Shown: piece after piece, positions 61,103-64,000 of the stretch
Numbering within the stretch: the first letter of the stretch is position 1
Layout: each line of letters opens with the position of its first letter
NCBI GenBank assembly: GCA_963783115.1
Contig: CAWAMK010000036.1
Location: 98,703-162,702 of the forward strand
Direction of reading: 5' to 3'
DNA from: an uncultured Alphaproteobacteria bacterium
Lineage (GTDB): Bacteria > Pseudomonadota > Alphaproteobacteria > Rhizobiales > Xanthobacteraceae
DNA length: 64,000 nucleotides
The notes under the pieces: model-generated
What the model saw: only the letters and a program-made list of their open reading frames with translations
The model's database searches: none
Told to the model about the DNA's origin: nothing
Made by a program: the position numbers and the translations under genes

Positions 61103-62942
61103 GATCAGGCGCCGCGCCAGCAGGCCGGACAGATTTCGCATGATCTTCATCGCGGTCTGCGGGTGCAGCCGGCGGTAGTCGTCAAAACTGTCGAGCGGCA
61201 GTTCGAGGCACGTCACCGGCGTATCGGCCCATACGTCGGCGCTGCGGTACTGCTCGATGATCGCCATCTCGCCGAATTCCATGCCGGGCCCGAGCGAGGC
61301 CAGCCGCACGCCGCTCGGCAGCTTCACGCTGACCATTCCGCTCTGCAGGAAGAACAGCGAGTTGGCGGGCTCGCCGGCGCAGACGATGCGCTGGCCGGCC
61401 TGATAGCGGCGCGCGGTCGACAGCTCGGCCAGCGCTGCGATTTCCTCCGGCGGCGAGGTCGGCCAGCAACGCCTGTTCGCCGAGGTGGCTGGTTTCCTTC
61501 GACGAGGTGAAGCCGCCATAGCGATAGATCACCTGGTCCTCCGCCCATTCGATGGCTTCATCGAGCAGCGCGAAGCGCCGCAGCCTTTGCGGCTCGGCGG
61601 TCCGCGCCCGAACCGACGTCCACACCGGCAGACGTCGCCTCGACACCGGTCAGTATCGCCGTGACGCCGGCATTGCCGAGCATGGTGAGGTTCTCGCCAA
61701 GCAGCTGCGCGCCGGCCGCGGTCAGGTCCGGCACGCGCCGGAAATCGAGAATCAGGAGCGGCGCGTTCGGCGGCTCACCGGCCAGCCGCCGCGTCACATA
61801 GTCGATCGCCGCGAAATTCAGCGCGCCGACCAGTTCGATCACCCTGATGTCGCTGTGGCGATCGTCGAGAATCTGCTGCTCGTGCGGCTGCCGGCTGCGG
61901 CGCGACGAGATGCCGAAGATGTCGTAGTCGGCGATGACGCAGGTGCGGACGTCGGCGCTTCGGTTGAGCATGTGCAGGTCGAAGCGGCCCGAAAGCGCTT
62001 CGCACACCTTCAGGCCGCGCACGCTGTTGCCATGGCTGTCGAGGCACGGCGAGAAGGTGCCGAGCCCCAATTGCGAGGGAAGTGCTGCGACGATGCCGCC
62101 GCCGACGCCGCTCTTGGCGGGAATGCCGACGCGATAGATCCACTCCCCCGCATAGTCATACATGCCCGAACTGGTCATGACCGACAGCGTGCGGGCGACG
62201 ATATTGGGTGAGATGACCTGAACGCCCGTCACCGGATTGACGCCGCGATTGGCGAGCGTCGCCGCCATGACGGCAAGATCGCGCGCGGTGACCAGGATGG
62301 CGCATTGCCGGAAATAGGTATCGAGGACGGCATCGACATCGTCCTGCAGCACCAGGTAATTGCGCAGCAGCCAGGCGATGGCGCGGTTGCGGTTGCCGGT
62401 GAGCGGCTTCCGAGGCGTGCACGGCGTCGTCGACGTCAAGCTCGCGTCCGGCGAACAGACTGAGCTTCTCGCGGATGCGCTCGAACGCGTATGCGCCAGC
62501 GGCCTCGATGGATCAGCCCCGAACAGGCGATCGCACCGGCATTGACCATCGGGTTGAACGGCCGGTTGTCGTTGGTCAGCCGGATCGAATTGAACGCCTC
62601 CCCGCTCGGCTCGACGCCGATCGCCGCCGCCACGCGCTCCTCGCCGACCATGTCGAGCGCGAGCGCAAACACGAAGGCCTTTGATACCGACTGGATGGTG
62701 AAGGGTACCCGGCTGTCGCCGACCTCATAGACGTGGCCGTCGATGGTCACGAGGCCGACGCCGAAATGCGCCGGATTGGCGCGCTTCAGCTCCGGGATGT
62801 AATCGGCGAGCGCACCGGAATCATCCGATTTGAATTCCTCGTAGCATCCCTTCAGAAAGCGCTGGAGCGGCGGCTCGTTGGCATATCCGGTATTTCCGAG
62901 GGCGAAATTGCTTTTGGCCGGGCGGCTAACTTGGGCGTCCAC
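61064..62942 (-). CDS. glsA: Glutaminase with C-terminal STAS and cNMP-binding domains (several frameshifts)
   Basis: ADYIPEL, QSVSK, NPMVNAGAI, GMYD, PAKSGVGGG; STAS LILDFRRV; cNMP cassette FGEMAI..RSADV. Confidence 0.92.
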
Positions 62943-62971
62943 ATCATCACCATGCAAATGGCGAGAACTCA

Positions 62972-62987
62972 AGCAATCCGCATGCCA
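62972..62987 (-). promoter_or_regulatory. Sigma54 -24/-12 promoter of glsA
   Basis: Minus strand TGGCAT-GCGGA-TTGCT with exact GG-N10-GC spacing, 30 bp upstream of the GTG start. Confidence 0.75.
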
Positions 62988-63050
62988 TGGGCGGCTACTT
63001 GCCGCGAAGCTATGCACCCGGCTGCACGAAAGGCATGCGTCATCCTGACG

Positions 63051-64000
63051 CTAGCCTACGCCGTTCGCGATGAAGGGCCTAGCTCGCCGGCTGGTCCGCC
63101 GGCCGCGTCTGGCGCAGCAGCCTGCGCGCAGACAATGCCGAGCGCGATCATGATCGGCCGCCGCGGTCAGCAGGGTCGGCATCTTGCCGGCATGCTGGAT
63201 GCCGAAACCATAGGCGATCGGGCCGACGGTCTGGCCCATGAAGAAGAAGAACGAATGCAGCGACAGCGCGGTCGCGCGGGCTTCGGCCGACAATTCGCTG
63301 GCGAACACCTGCAGGCAGCCGTGGATCATGTAGAAGCCCCAGCCCATGAACAGCAGGCTGACCGCATGGATCTTTACGCTGGGACCGAACGCGACGACGG
63401 CGAGGTTGCAACCCCACCAGCGTCGCGCCTGAGATCATCATGCCCTTGACGCCGAGCCACGGCAGAAATCGCGAAACGCTCAGCGTGTAGAACAGGCCGC
63501 CGACCGCAAAGCCGGCGATCACGAGGCCGGCGATCGACAGGCTGGTTTCGCCCAGCTCGAACAGAAACGCCGCGATGAAGGGAAACAGCCCGAGCACGCA
63601 GCAGCCTTCGATAAATACCGCCACGTAACAAAACGCGTTGGGGTTGGAGAAGATGGTGCGATAGCCCTGCTTGAGCGCCGCAAAATTCGTCTTCGGCGGA
63701 CGGGTCAGCGCCGCGCCGCGAAAGCCGGCGGCCACCGCGATCGAGGCCACGATGACCAGAGCCGCCGAGCACGGCCAGAACGCCGCGCCAGCCGAGAAAG
63801 TCGCCGATCAGGCCGGAGACCGAAGCGCCCAGCAGATTTCCGGTCATCGAGCCCATCAGCGTGCGCCCGATCGCGATCTGGCGCTTTTCGGGCCCGACCA
63901 GATCGCTGGTCAGACTGAGCGCGACCGGAAATACGCCGCCGGAGCCGATGCCGGCGAGGATGCGCGACGCGAACAACAGCCAGAACGAATTCGCCATCGC
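63051..64000 (-). CDS. MFS transporter (5' truncated by the window; frameshifts)
   Basis: RILAGIGSGG, GLIGDFLGWR, multiple TM helices, ARATALSLHSFFFFMGQ. Confidence 0.85.

Overview
High-GC alphaproteobacterial chromosome segment, very likely Bradyrhizobium or a close relative (judged from gene order, protein sequences and GTAG/CGTC-type REP palindromes). The core backbone runs NDUFAF6-like/NDUFAF3-like, secF-secD-yajC, DUF815 ATPase, nlpD/dipM-like, pcm, surE, serS, tatCBA, scpBA, nagZ, SPOR, argS, dgt, erpA, xth, exoR, ilvD, threonine synthase, lpdA-pdhCBA, ftsB, eno, queF, glsA. Accessory blocks interrupt it: LysR/tartrate dehydrogenase-like/TctC with amidohydrolase-RND; an RTX-repeat protein, Slt and an HME-RND pump; a DUF3302-like/HlyD pair; and a hybrid kinase-cyclase islet. 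Many genes, including essential ones, carry 1-bp frameshifts, best explained as sequencing or assembly indels. The most notable locus is 57970-62990. A 3-kb integrase-free islet, bounded by an imperfect 51-bp direct repeat, encodes a tandem FixL-type heme-PAS histidine kinase-receiver-class III adenylate cyclase behind a perfect FNR/FixK box. It is inserted tail-to-tail with a glutaminase that has a sigma54-type promoter and C-terminal STAS and cNMP-binding domains. This is a candidate O2 -> cAMP -> glutaminase module; the functional link is inferred, not shown.
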